Assembly (NCBI GenBank): GCA_977017575.1
Contig: CDRNVI010000144.1
Span: forward strand, 372,001 to 436,000
Length of the DNA stretch: 64,000 nt
Direction: 5' to 3'
Source of the DNA: Paramoeba atlantica
Lineage: Eukaryota > Protista > Discosea
Shown here piece after piece: positions 34,428 through 46,111 of the stretch; positions within the stretch are counted from its first letter, which is position 1, and each line of letters opens with the position of its first letter. Made by a program: the position numbers and the translations under genes. Under the pieces are notes generated by a model that saw only the letters and a program-made list of their open reading frames with translations, was not told the DNA's origin and searched no databases.

Positions 34428-35287
34428 AATTGTGGCATAATGGCTTAGTTGGTAAAACAGCTATTGCTTCAATTCAGGGTTGCAGGTTCAAATTTCAAAG
34501 AGGAAAATATTAAAAATATTATTTTTTCTTCTTGCTCACTTGAATGTGAAAAATAGAACAGGTTATTCTCTGCCCTATTTGCTAAAAAGCAGAGAATAAA
34601 TTCCCTGAGAAGGAGTTTAAGTGAATTAAAGGTCTTTGAGTTGGTGCCTGTAGTTTAGTCATAAATTCAACTATGTCCAACCCTGGGAGGGTGAGTTCAA
34701 ATTCCAGTTTTTCAATATTATGGAAAATTTTTCTGGTGCTGTAGAGTGATTTGATTGGAGTGAGGAGCTCTTGGAGAAGTGTGAAAATCAAAACAAATTA
34801 CATCTTAGTCTTGTCTGCTAAAAAGTTGAGGATAAATTCCTTTATAAGGAGCTTTGAATTATTCTCCCTTCTGATGTGCATCCTCCAGCCTGAACTTGCA
34901 GAAGTTCTAAAGTTCAGTATAAAGACTGACTGAACTAAGCTGAAGTTTAAAACTTCATCTCTCATTAGAGGTTAAAAACAAATTAAATTTAATGTAATTC
35001 AAATAGCTTAAATTAAGAACTACTAATTGAATAAAGTTTGCCTCAAAAAGAAAAAAAAAAGAATTAAAGGTCTTTAGACCATTTGAACCTAAAGAGGTGA
35101 AACTCTATCCTCATTATTTTTAACCTTAAAAAATTAGTGGCTTTGGGTTAAGTTATCACCTAATAAAGTCTAGTGTTAAAAAGAAAAAAAAGAGGTGAAA
35201 TTCTATCTTCATTATCTTTAACCTTAAAAAATTAGTGGCTTTGGGTTAGACTATCACTTAATAAAGTCCAGTGTTAAAAAGAAAAAA
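34428..35287 (+). mobile_element. SINE-A split by SINE-B, with a duplicated 3' end
   Basis: Head at 34,428-34,637, body resumes at 35,061, tail repeated at ~35,190-35,287; diverged TSD AAAAAAGTGACAGAATGAA / AAAAAAGTGGCAAAGTGAA. Confidence 0.85.
34638..35060 (+). mobile_element. SINE-B (second tRNA-like family, ~420 bp)
   Basis: Head GGTGCCTGTAGTTTAGTCATAAA...GAGTTCAAATTCCAG; tail AATAAAGTTTGCCTCAAAAAGAAAA; perfect 15 bp TSD GAATTAAAGGTCTTT. Confidence 0.85.
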
Positions 35288-35384
35288 AGTGGCAAAGTGA
35301 AAAACTTTAGAGGTGTTCCTCTCCCATCTTCCTCCACTGGTGTCCCTTCCTCCTCCTCCTCCACTGGTGTCCCTCCCCCTTCTT

Positions 35385-35701
35385 CTTTTTAATACTGGAC
35401 TTTATTAGGTAATGGCCTAACCCAAAGCTACTAATTTTTTAAGATTAAAGATAACTAGGATAGAGTTTCACCTCTTTAGGTTCAAATGGTCTAAAGACCT
35501 TTAATTCACTCAAACTCCTTTTCAGGGAATTTATTCTCTGCTTTTTAGCAGACAGGGCAGAGGATAATCTGTTTTGTTTTTCACATTCAAGTGAGCAGGA
35601 AAAGAAAATAATATTTTTAATATTTTCCTCTTTGGGATTTGAACCTGCAACCCTGAATTGAAGCAATAGCTGTTTTACTAACTAAGCCATCATGCCACAA
35701 T
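35385..35701 (-). mobile_element. SINE-A, full length
   Basis: TSD AAGAAGGGAGAGGGACA / AAGAAGGGGGAGGGACA. Confidence 0.9.
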
Positions 35702-35932
35702 TGTCCCTCTCCCTTCTTCCTCCACTGGTGTCCAAAGTGTCCTTCCCTCTGAAGATGTCTTTGATAAAGTTCCTAGATCACAAGCCAAAATAGCAATCTA
35801 GAAAAAGAACATCACCAACCTGCAAAACTAGAAAAACACTACCTCTTTTAGTAATTCAGACAAACATGAATTTTCAACTTTTTCATTCAGTTCTCATTCT
35901 AGCAATGGTCAAAGAATTGTTGATTCCCCTTT

Positions 35933-36251
35933 TTCTTTTTAACACTGGACTTTATTAAGTAATGACCTAACCCAAAGCCACTAATTTTTTAAAGTTAAAA
36001 ATAACAAGGATAGAATTTCACTTCTTTAGGTTCAAATGGTCTAAAGACCTTTAATTCACTTAAACTCCTTCTTAGGGAATTTATTCTCTGCTTTTTAGTA
36101 AACAGGGCAAAGAATAATCTGTTTTGTTTTTCACATTCAAGTGAGCAGGAAGAGAAAATAATGTTTTAATATTTTCTTCTTTGGGATTTAAACCTACAAC
36201 CCTGAATTGAAGCAATAGCTGTTTTACCAACTAAGCCATCATACTACAATT
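35933..36251 (-). mobile_element. SINE-A, full length
   Basis: TSD AAAGGGGGAATCAGCAATT / AAAAGGGGAATCAACAATT. Confidence 0.9.
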
Positions 36252-39200
36252 AAATTGCTGATTCCCCCTTTCCCTCTTGATTTCAAGATGCTGACCTTGA
36301 TGGAAGCCCAAAATTGTTTCCTGATGACCCTCAGGGAAGCTTCTCTATTGTTTAAAAGGAAAAAGAAGAAAAGTTTAAAGAAAAAAGAAAAAAAAAAAAA
36401 AAAAAAACAGAAAAAAAGAAAAAAAAGTCAAAAAAAAGTTCTAAGTCAGAAGTTAATTAAAAAAAGGAAAAGAAATACTAGAAGATAGAGCAAAAGATGG
36501 TGAACAAAAGAAAAAAAAAAGGAAAAAAGAATACTCCTTCAACTCCCCCCCCTGAGATCTGATGTCCAACTTCAACCCTCTCCTCTGATGATTGTCAACA
36601 AGTCCCAATTAATCTCTCAACTCCCCACTTCCCCCACCCCCCTCAACTCCCCCTTCCCTGTGATTCTCAAATCCCTGCTCTGGAACCCAATCCCCCTGAT
36701 TTACCCCAAATTCAGCATTTTTCTCAGTTTCCCGACTTGAGAGTTCTCTTCTGGAATATAAATGGGCTGCAAAATGAAGAAAAACTTGAAATCTGCAAGA
36801 GAATGGCAGCTAGCTCCTGGCCCCTGTTCATCTTCCTCCAGGAAACCCATGCAACATCTGAAAATGATCTTGATCATCTTAAAAACCACTTGAGGAAGTA
36901 CATTTGGTTTCGTAACTCCTTCTCCAAGAGGAAACATGGCCTTGTGATTGGAATTAGATGTGTGGAAGAATTGAAAGATCCCTCTCCTTTTTGTTTTGAG
37001 AAAAATGAAGGTGGATTGTTTGGTTTAAAAGTGTTCATCCAAAATCAGGAATTTTCAGCCCTCCCCCCAGAGCAAAAATATTCTGGCTGAGGATTTCAAT
37101 TGGAACTTGAACAAAACCAATTGCCAGAAATTAATTGAACACCTCTCTGATTTGAATCTGTCTCGCCTCAACTGGTCAGAACCTACCCATTTTCAGGGCT
37201 GATGCATTGACCACATCTTCCTTCCCTCTGAGGCTCCTGAAGACCATTTGTTTGTGAATGCAATCTCATTTGGATTCAAAGATCATGCTGTAATGATTGG
37301 AGGAGCCAGTGTAAAAGAGTGGAAAATCAACTCACAGAAGAAGAGGATTCCTGAATATCTAATTAATAACCCCAAATTTATCTCTGCTCTCTCTGAAGCT
37401 GTTGGAAACTACTCTGTGGGTGACCCTGTGATCTGTCTTGATAAAATGAAATCTGAAGCCTGGAGATTGACTGCTCTGTGGAAGAACAAGCACAAGGAAG
37501 CTCATCTCTTCAAGAAACTTTGGAAACTGCAGACTTTAGTTAAGAAGCTAAGAACAACCTGAATCCTTAGAAAGGATAGCCCAGCCCACCCCTTCACCTC
37601 CCTAGAAACTGAACTGAGAGAAGCAGCTGCTGAGAATTGGGATAACCCTCTGAAAGGGTGGAAATGGAGATTAAAAATTATACCTCAGATGATTAAAGTT
37701 GGTCTCTCTTGGATATCAAGCCTTGAACAACAACTTGGAGTCTTCTTTGACAACCACCCAGCTCATCCTAACAAGAAGTCCTCCCCCAAGGTGAAAGAAG
37801 TGATTGTTGATGGCATCTTGTCTCATGACTCATCTACTGTGAGAGAAGCTATTAAAGGCTTTTGGGGTGATCTCTTGAGAACTGAACATCCTTATAATCT
37901 CAAAGCCCTTGATGAACTTCTTGACAACCACCCCTTCTGCTTCCCAGACTCTGAAAATCATACAGTAGACCTTCTGAAAGTTGAGAAGCTACTCCTTCAA
38001 GCCAACAATATCAGTGCAGGCCCTGATGGAATTTCCTTCTCCCTCTATCAGAAAACTTATAAGAAATATCAAGAGATGTGGGTTGAACTGATCCAACAAG
38101 CAGGAGAAAGTATGAAATTCCCTGACTCCTTTAGAGAGAGTCAATTGTGTTTGATTCCCAAGATTGAGAACATTCCTCACCCTGATCAGTTCAGATCTAT
38201 AAGTGTAACAAACTCTGATTATCAAATTGTAATGTGATATTGGGCTCTTTGGTTTTCTGAAATTGCAAGTGGAGTAATCTCTGATACTCAACATGCAATG
38301 TTCAAGGGGAAATCAATTGATGCAGCTGTGGAAACTATTTATAATGCCTTCTATGAAGCTTTGGCTGATGGACAAGATATTACTCTTCTACAAACTGACT
38401 TTTGCAAGGCTTATGATTATGTAAACTGTGATGCTCTGATTCACATTTTGAAGAGGTTGAAGGCCCCTCCCCAAGCCATTTTTGTAATTGAGAAAGTACT
38501 CCACCCCTCCAAAACTTGGTTACCCTCAATTGGAGGAAAACCTGGCTCCTCTCCTGCAGACTCTATTACCAGTAGAACTGGAGTTTGACAAAGCTGTCCA
38601 ATCTCTCCCCTTCTCTTCCTAATTGTCTTTGATTTATTGCTGGTGAGCCTCAACAAGAACCACCCTCTTGAGAAGCTTTCTGGCTTCATGGATAACCTTG
38701 GACTACTCCTGAAAAAAGCTGATACCATTAACCTCTTGACCCCCACTTTCCAGAAGTATGAGAAAACAACTGGTGCTCTCTTGAATTACTCAAAGTGCTT
38801 TGTTTTGACAACTCAAATGTACAAACCTTCTGGCCCTTGGTCTGCAATGACCAAAACCAACTTTAGAAGTGATGAGACAATGTATTTGAGTGTGCGAAAA
38901 AGCTGTAAAATGGAATCAAAGAAGGATTGACTTAAAGTATGTGAAAAGATGTGAAGAGTAAGTAAAACCATTAAAAATCAAGGAAGACCTTTTACAGTGA
39001 AAGTAAGGATAATTAACACTTACTTAATTCCCTGTATGGGCTACTTAGCTTGCTTTAAGCTTATCCCCCAATTTATATCTGTGATAGTATGGAAACTCAT
39101 TTGAGCTGCCTTGGGAGCATATGCCAATTTGAAAACCATCATTTTGACTGCTTGCCATCCTCTTATGGGTAGTAAATGTCAGGTTCGCCACTTCATTCTT

Positions 39201-39697
39201 TTCAATTGAGCTCTTCTTATTTCTCATAAACCTTTAAGTTGTGAATACAAGAATCCCTTGACTATTGGAGCTATAAGACTTGATGCTTATTTTGTTGCCT
39301 CAAAAATCTCTAAAGAAGTGATTCTAGGAGATCCAACCAAAACAAACTATAGTTCTCTTTCTCATCAAGTACCTATTGTGCTTGAAGATATCTACCAAGA
39401 GGGTGGAAAGATCAAATGTATTGTCTACAACTTAGCTCATACTCTTAAACCTCAACTCCAATGAAACCTTACCAAATTCTTGATTCATGATCTTCCTACA
39501 ATGGATAAGATCTCTCATTTTACCTTGGAACCTCCTACCTGTTGATTATATAAGAAAAGGAAAGAATTTCGAACCCACCTCCTTGAAACTTGTATTTGTA
39601 CAAAAAGTTATCTTGAGAAGATGGGACATAGCTGCATCATAAAAAAAAAAAAAAAAATAAAAAAAAAAAATAAAAAAAAAAAAAAAAAAAAAAAAAA

Positions 39698-41035
39698 TCA
39701 GGTTGGTTCAAGGAAGCTTTATAGCTCTTCTTCACAGGAGGGAGGTCTTTTGGAGGGGTAGGTTCTGTAGGAATAACATTAGATAAATAAAACACCAACT
39801 TTTGATCTCTAGAATTATGCATAGGTAAATTTAAGCTATCTTTTTTAACACCTATAGGGGAGACCCTTGGAAGGCTTAAACAAAGCATGTGACTTGGGGG
39901 AAAATTGATCTGTTCTCTCAAAATCCACTACCATAGACTTACCAGTATTTCTGAGGGGGGTACAGGATGAAAAGACTCCTTTAGAAAGAATGAAGTTAAA
40001 TTGTACATCATCTCTGGCAATTTGTTTTCTTATCTTAACTTCTTTAGGATTGCAGGTGTTGATCAAGTACATTTCTGTTCTTACCATATTGCCTACTTCA
40101 CTTGAATTTTTTTTTTGTAAAATTTTAAATAAACAATAAACAAGCAAGATAGTTAATTTGGCAAGTGATGCATTTCACCACTGTATTAAAGGGTCTTGCT
40201 GGGGTCTAAACAAAGACTCAAGCTTGTCATCTCTTGATGTGAGCAATAAAAAGGACAAGGTTAATAGAAATTTGGATGTAAAACAAAATAATACAATTCT
40301 AGACTATTTGTACTACTTCCTTCAAATTATGTTTCAAAAGAGAATTTGAACCAGCAAAAAGATTCTGGATCTACTTTACACCCTTAGCTTCAAAAGAAAC
40401 CTTAATTTTAAGCTTTCACAATTTTGTGTTCTTATTGTTCCTCCAAATAAAAGATTTTTGAGTTTTTTGGCCAATTCATTACCTTTGTTCAAAAACTCTT
40501 TTTCTATACTTGCAACATCTATGTTTTTGAGTGTTGAGATTACAAAATGGCTTTGTTTGATATTTACAAAAATCTTTCTTTAAAAGAAGTCATATGTTTA
40601 ATTGCTTTGATAACCTTATTGAAGTTGAGGAGCTTTGGTCTGAAATCCAGTGATTTCACTAACTTTGTTGGTCTTGACTTAGCTCCAACAACAATTTTTG
40701 GATTCAAGTGCATAATTAAACCTTGATATAGTTTAATATTCTTCCAATCAATTTTGTACAACACATCAATAAGATCTTTGAAGGCTGGAAAGCCTTCCTT
40801 GGTTTTGAGAGGTTTTTTCTTTTTTTTTGCTTTTTTGAGCAAATGATTCACTATTTGTTTGTCTTGATTAAGTGTTCTTAATAGAAAATCTCTTTCCTTC
40901 CTTTACATTAGATGAAAAGATTTTCATAATATTTTCTGTGGTAACCAGCCACAAAGATACACACTACAACAAAAAATAGGAAATTCAAATAAATTGTATT
41001 TTGAACCTTCTATTTTTTTTTTTTTTTTTTTTTTA
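39698..41035 (-). mobile_element. Second LINE subfamily (L1-Y): 5' end and decayed ORF1
   Basis: IKVSFEAKGVK*IQNLFAGSNSLLKHNLKEVVQIV*NCIILFY...RPFNTVVKCITCQINY aligns to L1-X IKLPYQVSENEWIYNLFNGEDHLPSLNFKEMVQVSDDCIIIFY...KPYHLLVECSLYGVNH; LIMHLNPKIVVGAK resembles LATKLNLTLIKGAR. Confidence 0.75.
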
Positions 41036-41310
41036 AATTGATTAAAGAAAGGTATTTGTAAATAATGTAAAAGTAGATAAAGTTAAGTTACTTTAACTAA
41101 TTAAGTAAAATAGAAAAAGTGAAATTAAATAATAGAATTTTATATCTTAAACTATAGTTTTTTTTTTCTAATTTTATATTAATTAATACTACTTCAACCT
41201 ATTTTATTATCTTCTTTTATATTTTTGATAGAAATATTCTTTCTTTCAACTTAAAATAAATATTTATTTTATTAAATATTATAAAATTCTTCAATTTCTT
41301 ATTGTAGAAG

Positions 41311-41734
41311 TTTTTTTTTTTCTTTTTGAGGTAGATTTTATTCAATTAGTAGTTTTTAATCTAAGCCATTTGAATTACATTAAATTATGTTTGTTTTTAA
41401 TCTTTAACAAGAGGTAAAGTTTTAAACTTCAGCTTAGTTCAGTTGGTCTTTATACTAAACTTTAGAACTTTTATAAGTTCAGGCTGGAGGATACATATTA
41501 AAAGAGAAAATAATTCAAAACTTCTTCTAAAGGAATTTATTTTTAACTTTTTAGCAAATTAGGTTAAAATGTAACTTGTTCTAATTTTCACACTTCTTCA
41601 AAAGCTTTTCACTCTAATCAAATCACTTTATAGGATTAGAAAAATTTTCTAAAATTTGAAAAACTAGAATTTGAACTCATCCCCTCTAAGATTGAACATA
41701 GTTGAATTTATGACTAAATTATAGGCACCAACTC
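41311..41734 (-). mobile_element. SINE-B, strongly AT-shifted copy
   Basis: Colinear with 34,638-35,060. Confidence 0.85.
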
Positions 41735-41739
41735 CATTG

Positions 41740-42110
41740 AGTAGATTACTTTTGGATTTCCTTATGGAAGTTACCAATATTTCTTTGGATGAGTTTTTTT
41801 CTATGAAATCTGATCAATCATGAATCTTTTGGTTTTGAGATTGTGATTACTAAGCTCTAAAATCTTTTGCTTCTAAAGTTGGTTTTAAACATTGTAGACC
41901 AAAGGTTAGAAAGTTTATACATTTGAAAACAAAGCACTTTGAGTAATTCAAAAGAGTACTGATTGCTTTTTCATAGGAGATTGGGTAGTCTTGTCAAACT
42001 TCAATTCTACATAATAGAGTCTGCAAGAGAGGAGCCAGGTTTTCCTCCAATTGAGGGTAACCAGGTTTTAGAGGGGTGAAGTACTTTCTCAATCACAAAA
42101 ATGGTTTCAA
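41740..42110 (-). pseudogene. L1 RT fragments
   Basis: Matches TTGAATTACTCAAAGTGCTTTG and GGAAAACCTGGCTCCTCT segments of L1-X ORF2. Confidence 0.7.
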
Positions 42111-42119
42111 AGGAAGAAA

Positions 42120-42424
42120 TTTTTCTTTTTGAGGCAAACTTTATTCAATTAGTAGTTCTTAATCTAAACCATTTGAATTACATTAAATTATGTTTGTTTT
42201 TAACCTTTAACAAGAAGTGAAGTTTTAAACTTCAGCTTAGTTTAGTTGGTCTTTATGTTGAACTTTAGAACTTCTGCAAGTTTAGGCTGGAGGATATATA
42301 TTAGAAGGGAGAATAATCCAAAACTTCTTTCAAAGGATTTTATCTTCAACTTTTTAGCAGACAAGGGTGAAATGTAATCTGGTTGGATATAGTTAAATTT
42401 ATAACTAAACTACAAGCACCAACC
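42120..42424 (-). mobile_element. SINE-B, internally deleted
   Basis: Same tail and head as 34,638-35,060, with ~110 bp missing. Confidence 0.8.
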
Positions 42425-42457
42425 CTTATCATGATTGACTCTCTAGATGTGAGGAGG

Positions 42458-43082
42458 TGTTGGGGTGAGACCTGCTTCCAACACGGAAGTTGTGCCTTTC
42501 AGTGCCTTTTCAGTTCCTTGAGCCTCCCTGAGCCTTCCCTGAGCTTCCTTGATGCCTTTTATCATGAGTTTTGGTCCTTTCGGAGAGCCCTGAGCCTCAC
42601 AGACAGCTGTGCGCCATTTTATCGTAATTTTAGCCAAAATCACGAGATTTTTAGCGCTCTTTTTATTCAGTTTTCACATTCATGTTTTTTGCCCCTTTTC
42701 TTGCTGCTTTGCCACCTTCTGCTTTCTTTCTGCTTTCTTGTCTCTCTCTCTCTCTCTCTTTGCTTTCCTTTGTGATCTTTTGGCTTGCCTTGCTTGCTTT
42801 CTGTTCTCTTCTTTTGTTGTTATCATCTTTTGTTGCTTTCTTCCTTCTTTGGTTGCTGTGTAGGCTCGAGATTCCAATTTGAGTTGAGTTTCAGCAATTC
42901 TGTGCTTTTCTCAGTTGTGATTCCTTTTGTTGTTCTTCTTTTTGCTTTTCTGTTTCTTTGTTGTTGTTTTCTTGTTCTGTTTGTGTTGGCTAGGGATCTT
43001 TCCCATAAAGGTTTTGATCCAGAGTTTCTGTTTCTCTTTCTTTTCTCTTGTTTTCTCTGTTGATCCTGCTCCCCTCCTCACA
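42458..43082. mobile_element. LTR of the same family as the solo LTR at 25,014-25,683
   Basis: TGTTGGGGTGAGACC...CCCCTCCTCACA; no TSD; it truncates the adjacent gypsy-2 reading frame. Confidence 0.8.
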
Positions 43083-46000
43083 AATTCATTTAGGATCTTC
43101 AGAAAATCAGCACGAAAATCTTCCAATTCTTCCTTTGTGACACCCTTGTCACTCCTATCTCTGGCAGCAGTGGCTCTTTTAATAAGAATTGCATTCAGAA
43201 TATTGGTATCTTCCAAAGTCATTTCATCATCATCATCTTCCACCAGTACACTCTTCAAATTCTTGAAATCATCAATGGGACTAATCTCATTAGGATCATC
43301 AATGGACTCAGGGGTGTGCTCTTGGAAAAGATTGGAATAATGTTGTCAAAATCACTTTTCTCACAATAAACAACATGAGCAATTGGCTTGGAATTGTCCA
43401 ATCGGACTTCTCGAAAGCAAGGATTCGAAATGGCAACATAAGATTCTCCACCCTCCATTCTTACTAGACCCTCTTGAAGTACAAGATCTCAACAATATCT
43501 AATTTGTATCTTTGGACATTTTTTCAGAAACTTTCAATTTCACAACTCTTCTTGAACAGGGTGGGATTTTCACAGCTTGTGGGTAAAGAAGAGCAACAGG
43601 TTGAGGATTGGGAACCACACTTGCAATGACAGTTTCCTTTTTCTTTTTCACAGAGAAGGGAACAGGAATACCACCATGAGGAATCACAAATCCACAGCTG
43701 TTCATAATATCCAAACACATCAACTTGGTAACTCAGGTCCAAAATCACATCCAAAGTCAAATTGTTCAAGACAGAAAAATAAATGTTCCTCTTCACAGAT
43801 CCCAAAACAACTGGCAAGGCTACTCTCCCCAAACGTTGTAAAGCATCACCACCAGCAGAAAGAAATCAACTCAAATGTCTCACTTTTTCTAAGGTTAAGT
43901 GATTAAAATGTTTCTGGTAAAAATCACTACTAATGCAGTCAACTGTCACTCCAGAATTGATTGCAAACACCACTTCTTTGTTCCCCAATTTTCCTTTCAC
44001 CAATAAGGGCATATCAGTGTTAAGTTCAACCGCATCAATTTTGAGGTGGTTTTCTGCTTCTTCTCTTTGTTTTGTCACTTCCACTAGGTTGGGAGGGCCT
44101 TGAATCACCGAAACAGATTGTGTCTTAACTTGTGAGTCCTTTAATTGGAGATTTGGTTGAGCAGGTGGTGCAGCACAAGTCAGGGGAAGTTGCACTTCAG
44201 ATTGGGGAAATTGAGAGGTTTGACATCAAGATTGTTGAGAAACCAAAAGAGGAGATTGAGAAGGTTGAGAGAGTTGAGAAGATTCGAGAGAGGATTGTTG
44301 AGGAATTTGTTGAGCAGGTTGAGTAGATTGAGAGAATTGCAGAGATTCAAGAGAAGGTTGTTGAGGAACTTGTTGAACCAGTTGAGAGAGCTGAGAAAAT
44401 TGAGAAAACCCAAAAGAAGATTGTTGAGAGAATTGTACAAAATCTGTGAAAGCTAAATGAGGAGATTTTATGAGGGGGTGTCCCCTGTGCCCCCAGGCCG
44501 AAAATCCTGTTCTGTTGATTGAGTTCAAGGTTGTTGAGGTTGCTGTCCCTGTAACTGTTGCTGTTGTTGTGTTTGATCCAAAATTAGTTGTTGTTGCCTT
44601 TGAAGAATTTGAGGATTGAGTCAACTGGTTGTTTGTTGGGAATCAAGAAGAAGTTGTTGTAATTGAGCAAGAGTGTGGGATTGAGGTTGTGATGCTGGTG
44701 GTTGAGATTGAGTAAGAGCTTGCTCAAGTTGTGGTAAGGCTCCCTGAGGTTGTTGGTATTGTATTGCCTGATGAGGTGTGACAGGAGTATTGTTGGTCCC
44801 AGTTGGTTGTATAGGAAGAAATGTTGTACCAGGGGTTGGTTGGATTGCTCCCACAGTTGTGCTTGGATTCCGAAACTCAGGTGGTTGATGTGTTATGGCT
44901 TGGGGTGTTGGTAAGATACCAGCTTGTCTTGGATTTTGTTGGGTTAATGCTGTTGTCAGGGGTGTGTTTTCAAATAGAGGTCCAGCTGCACCAGATTTCA
45001 AACAACGCATGGCCTTATGTCCCAAAGCACCACATGTGAAGCACTTCCCTTGAAAAGAACCAAACTGACCTCTATCACATCCTTGGCCCTGGCCTCAGCA
45101 TCATGAGTAACAATCTTCCACATCATGTCTAGATTTCCCACAAAAGTCACAAATCCTCCCTCTTCCTGTTGGAGGTTGAAAAGAGTTTGGTTGTCTACTT
45201 GACCAGGATGCAGATAGAACTGTTGGAAACTGTTGCACAGGAGATTGTTGAAATTGTCCTTGGGGAAATTGTTATGCTGGAGATTGTTGAAATTGTCCTT
45301 GGGGAAATTGTTGTGCCAGAGATTGTTGAAATTGTTGCTGAGAAGATTGTTGGATTTGTTGCTGAAAAGCTTGTTGCACTTGTTGTATTTGTTGTTTTTA
45401 GAGAGTCTCAATATTTGCCTTGTACTGACAATCTGAGGTGGAATGTTGTGACAGCCCGCAAAATGAACATTGAAAAGGGATCCCCTTCTGCAAAACTGCT
45501 TGCATTGCATTTGACTGTTTCGAAAGAGTGTTCACCACTGCATGTTGGTCAGGATCCCTGTTCCTTGAGCTTGAAGACTTGGATTCTGATTTTGCTTTCT
45601 GCCACGCTCTGTCCACATACTCCTTGTCCTTCAACCATTCCATAAATTTCATGTTGTTCCCTGAATTGTATTTTACTATTCTTGACACCTCATTAGGGCT
45701 GAAAGGGAGCTTCCCAGCATAAATCTTTTGGACATCTTTAACTGGTGATTTTGTTTTGTTGGCAAAATTGAGGAAGGCCCAATTGTAGTCTACACAGGTT
45801 TTGAAATCCTCAGGTTTCAGCTTCTGTAAATCTTGTATTGCCTGAGTTTCTGCCACCTCTAGAGGGGTTAAAGCACCAAAAATGTTTCAAAGGCTGTAGA
45901 GATCCTCAAGACTGTGGATTTCATCAAGATTTACAAATTGATTGCTGATCCATTTTGTGTTGAAAATCTTGAAGGTGAGAGAGTTGTCCCAACTATGGAT

Positions 46001-46111
46001 ATCTTGCAAGCACTGCAATTCCTTTGTAAACTGTACAAAATCTCTGGTGAGTGAATCTAACTTTGTAGTGAAACTCAAAACTTGTTTCAAGGTTGTGGTT
46101 TCCATCGCCAT
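43083..46111 (-). mobile_element. Decayed gypsy-type gag-protease region (gypsy-2); RT and IN absent
   Basis: Three knuckles CSFCGLSQHSTSDC, CDFCGKSRHDVEDC, CFTCGALGHKAMRC; Q/P-rich repeats; protease VKGKLGNKEVVFAINSG (~43,950); then AVKIPPCSRRVVKL...YVAISNP (dUTPase-like spacer typical of gypsy pol). Confidence 0.8.

Larger units (their letters stand above)
24329..36430 (+). repeat. Left arm of a >=12 kb inverted duplication
   Basis: Paired ORF coordinates sum to 88,329; position 24,329 (CTGAGCATATCTG...) mirrors the last base of the window. Confidence 0.97.
25755..39697 (+). mobile_element. L1-X copy B, with its 5' end but lacking RNase H; hosts the Copia and five SINE insertions
   Basis: 5' hairpin; ORF1 MFSKSSNLSFNRV... 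continues across the Copia TSD, with a decayed knuckle CSLYGVNHLVSLTC; ORF2 from ~36,497 (LFWNINGL, FLQETH, KDH, QTDFCKAYDYV, FMDN, zinc finger); poly(A) at 39,640-39,697. Confidence 0.9.

Noticed and set aside
36700-39630. Alternative genetic code (TGA/TAA reassigned) to explain in-frame stops
   Set aside because: Stops fall where other copies have CGA, CAA or TGG, differ among copies and accompany frameshifts; the Copia ORF ends normally at TAA.
42458-43082. This LTR as the native 3' LTR of gypsy-2
   Set aside because: No PPT, it cuts the reading frame mid-sequence, and RT/IN are missing; the link is unproven.
44100-44230. Special sequence at the symmetry axis of the inverted duplication
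   Set aside because: The axis falls in ordinary gypsy-2 gag-protease linker sequence with no local hairpin.
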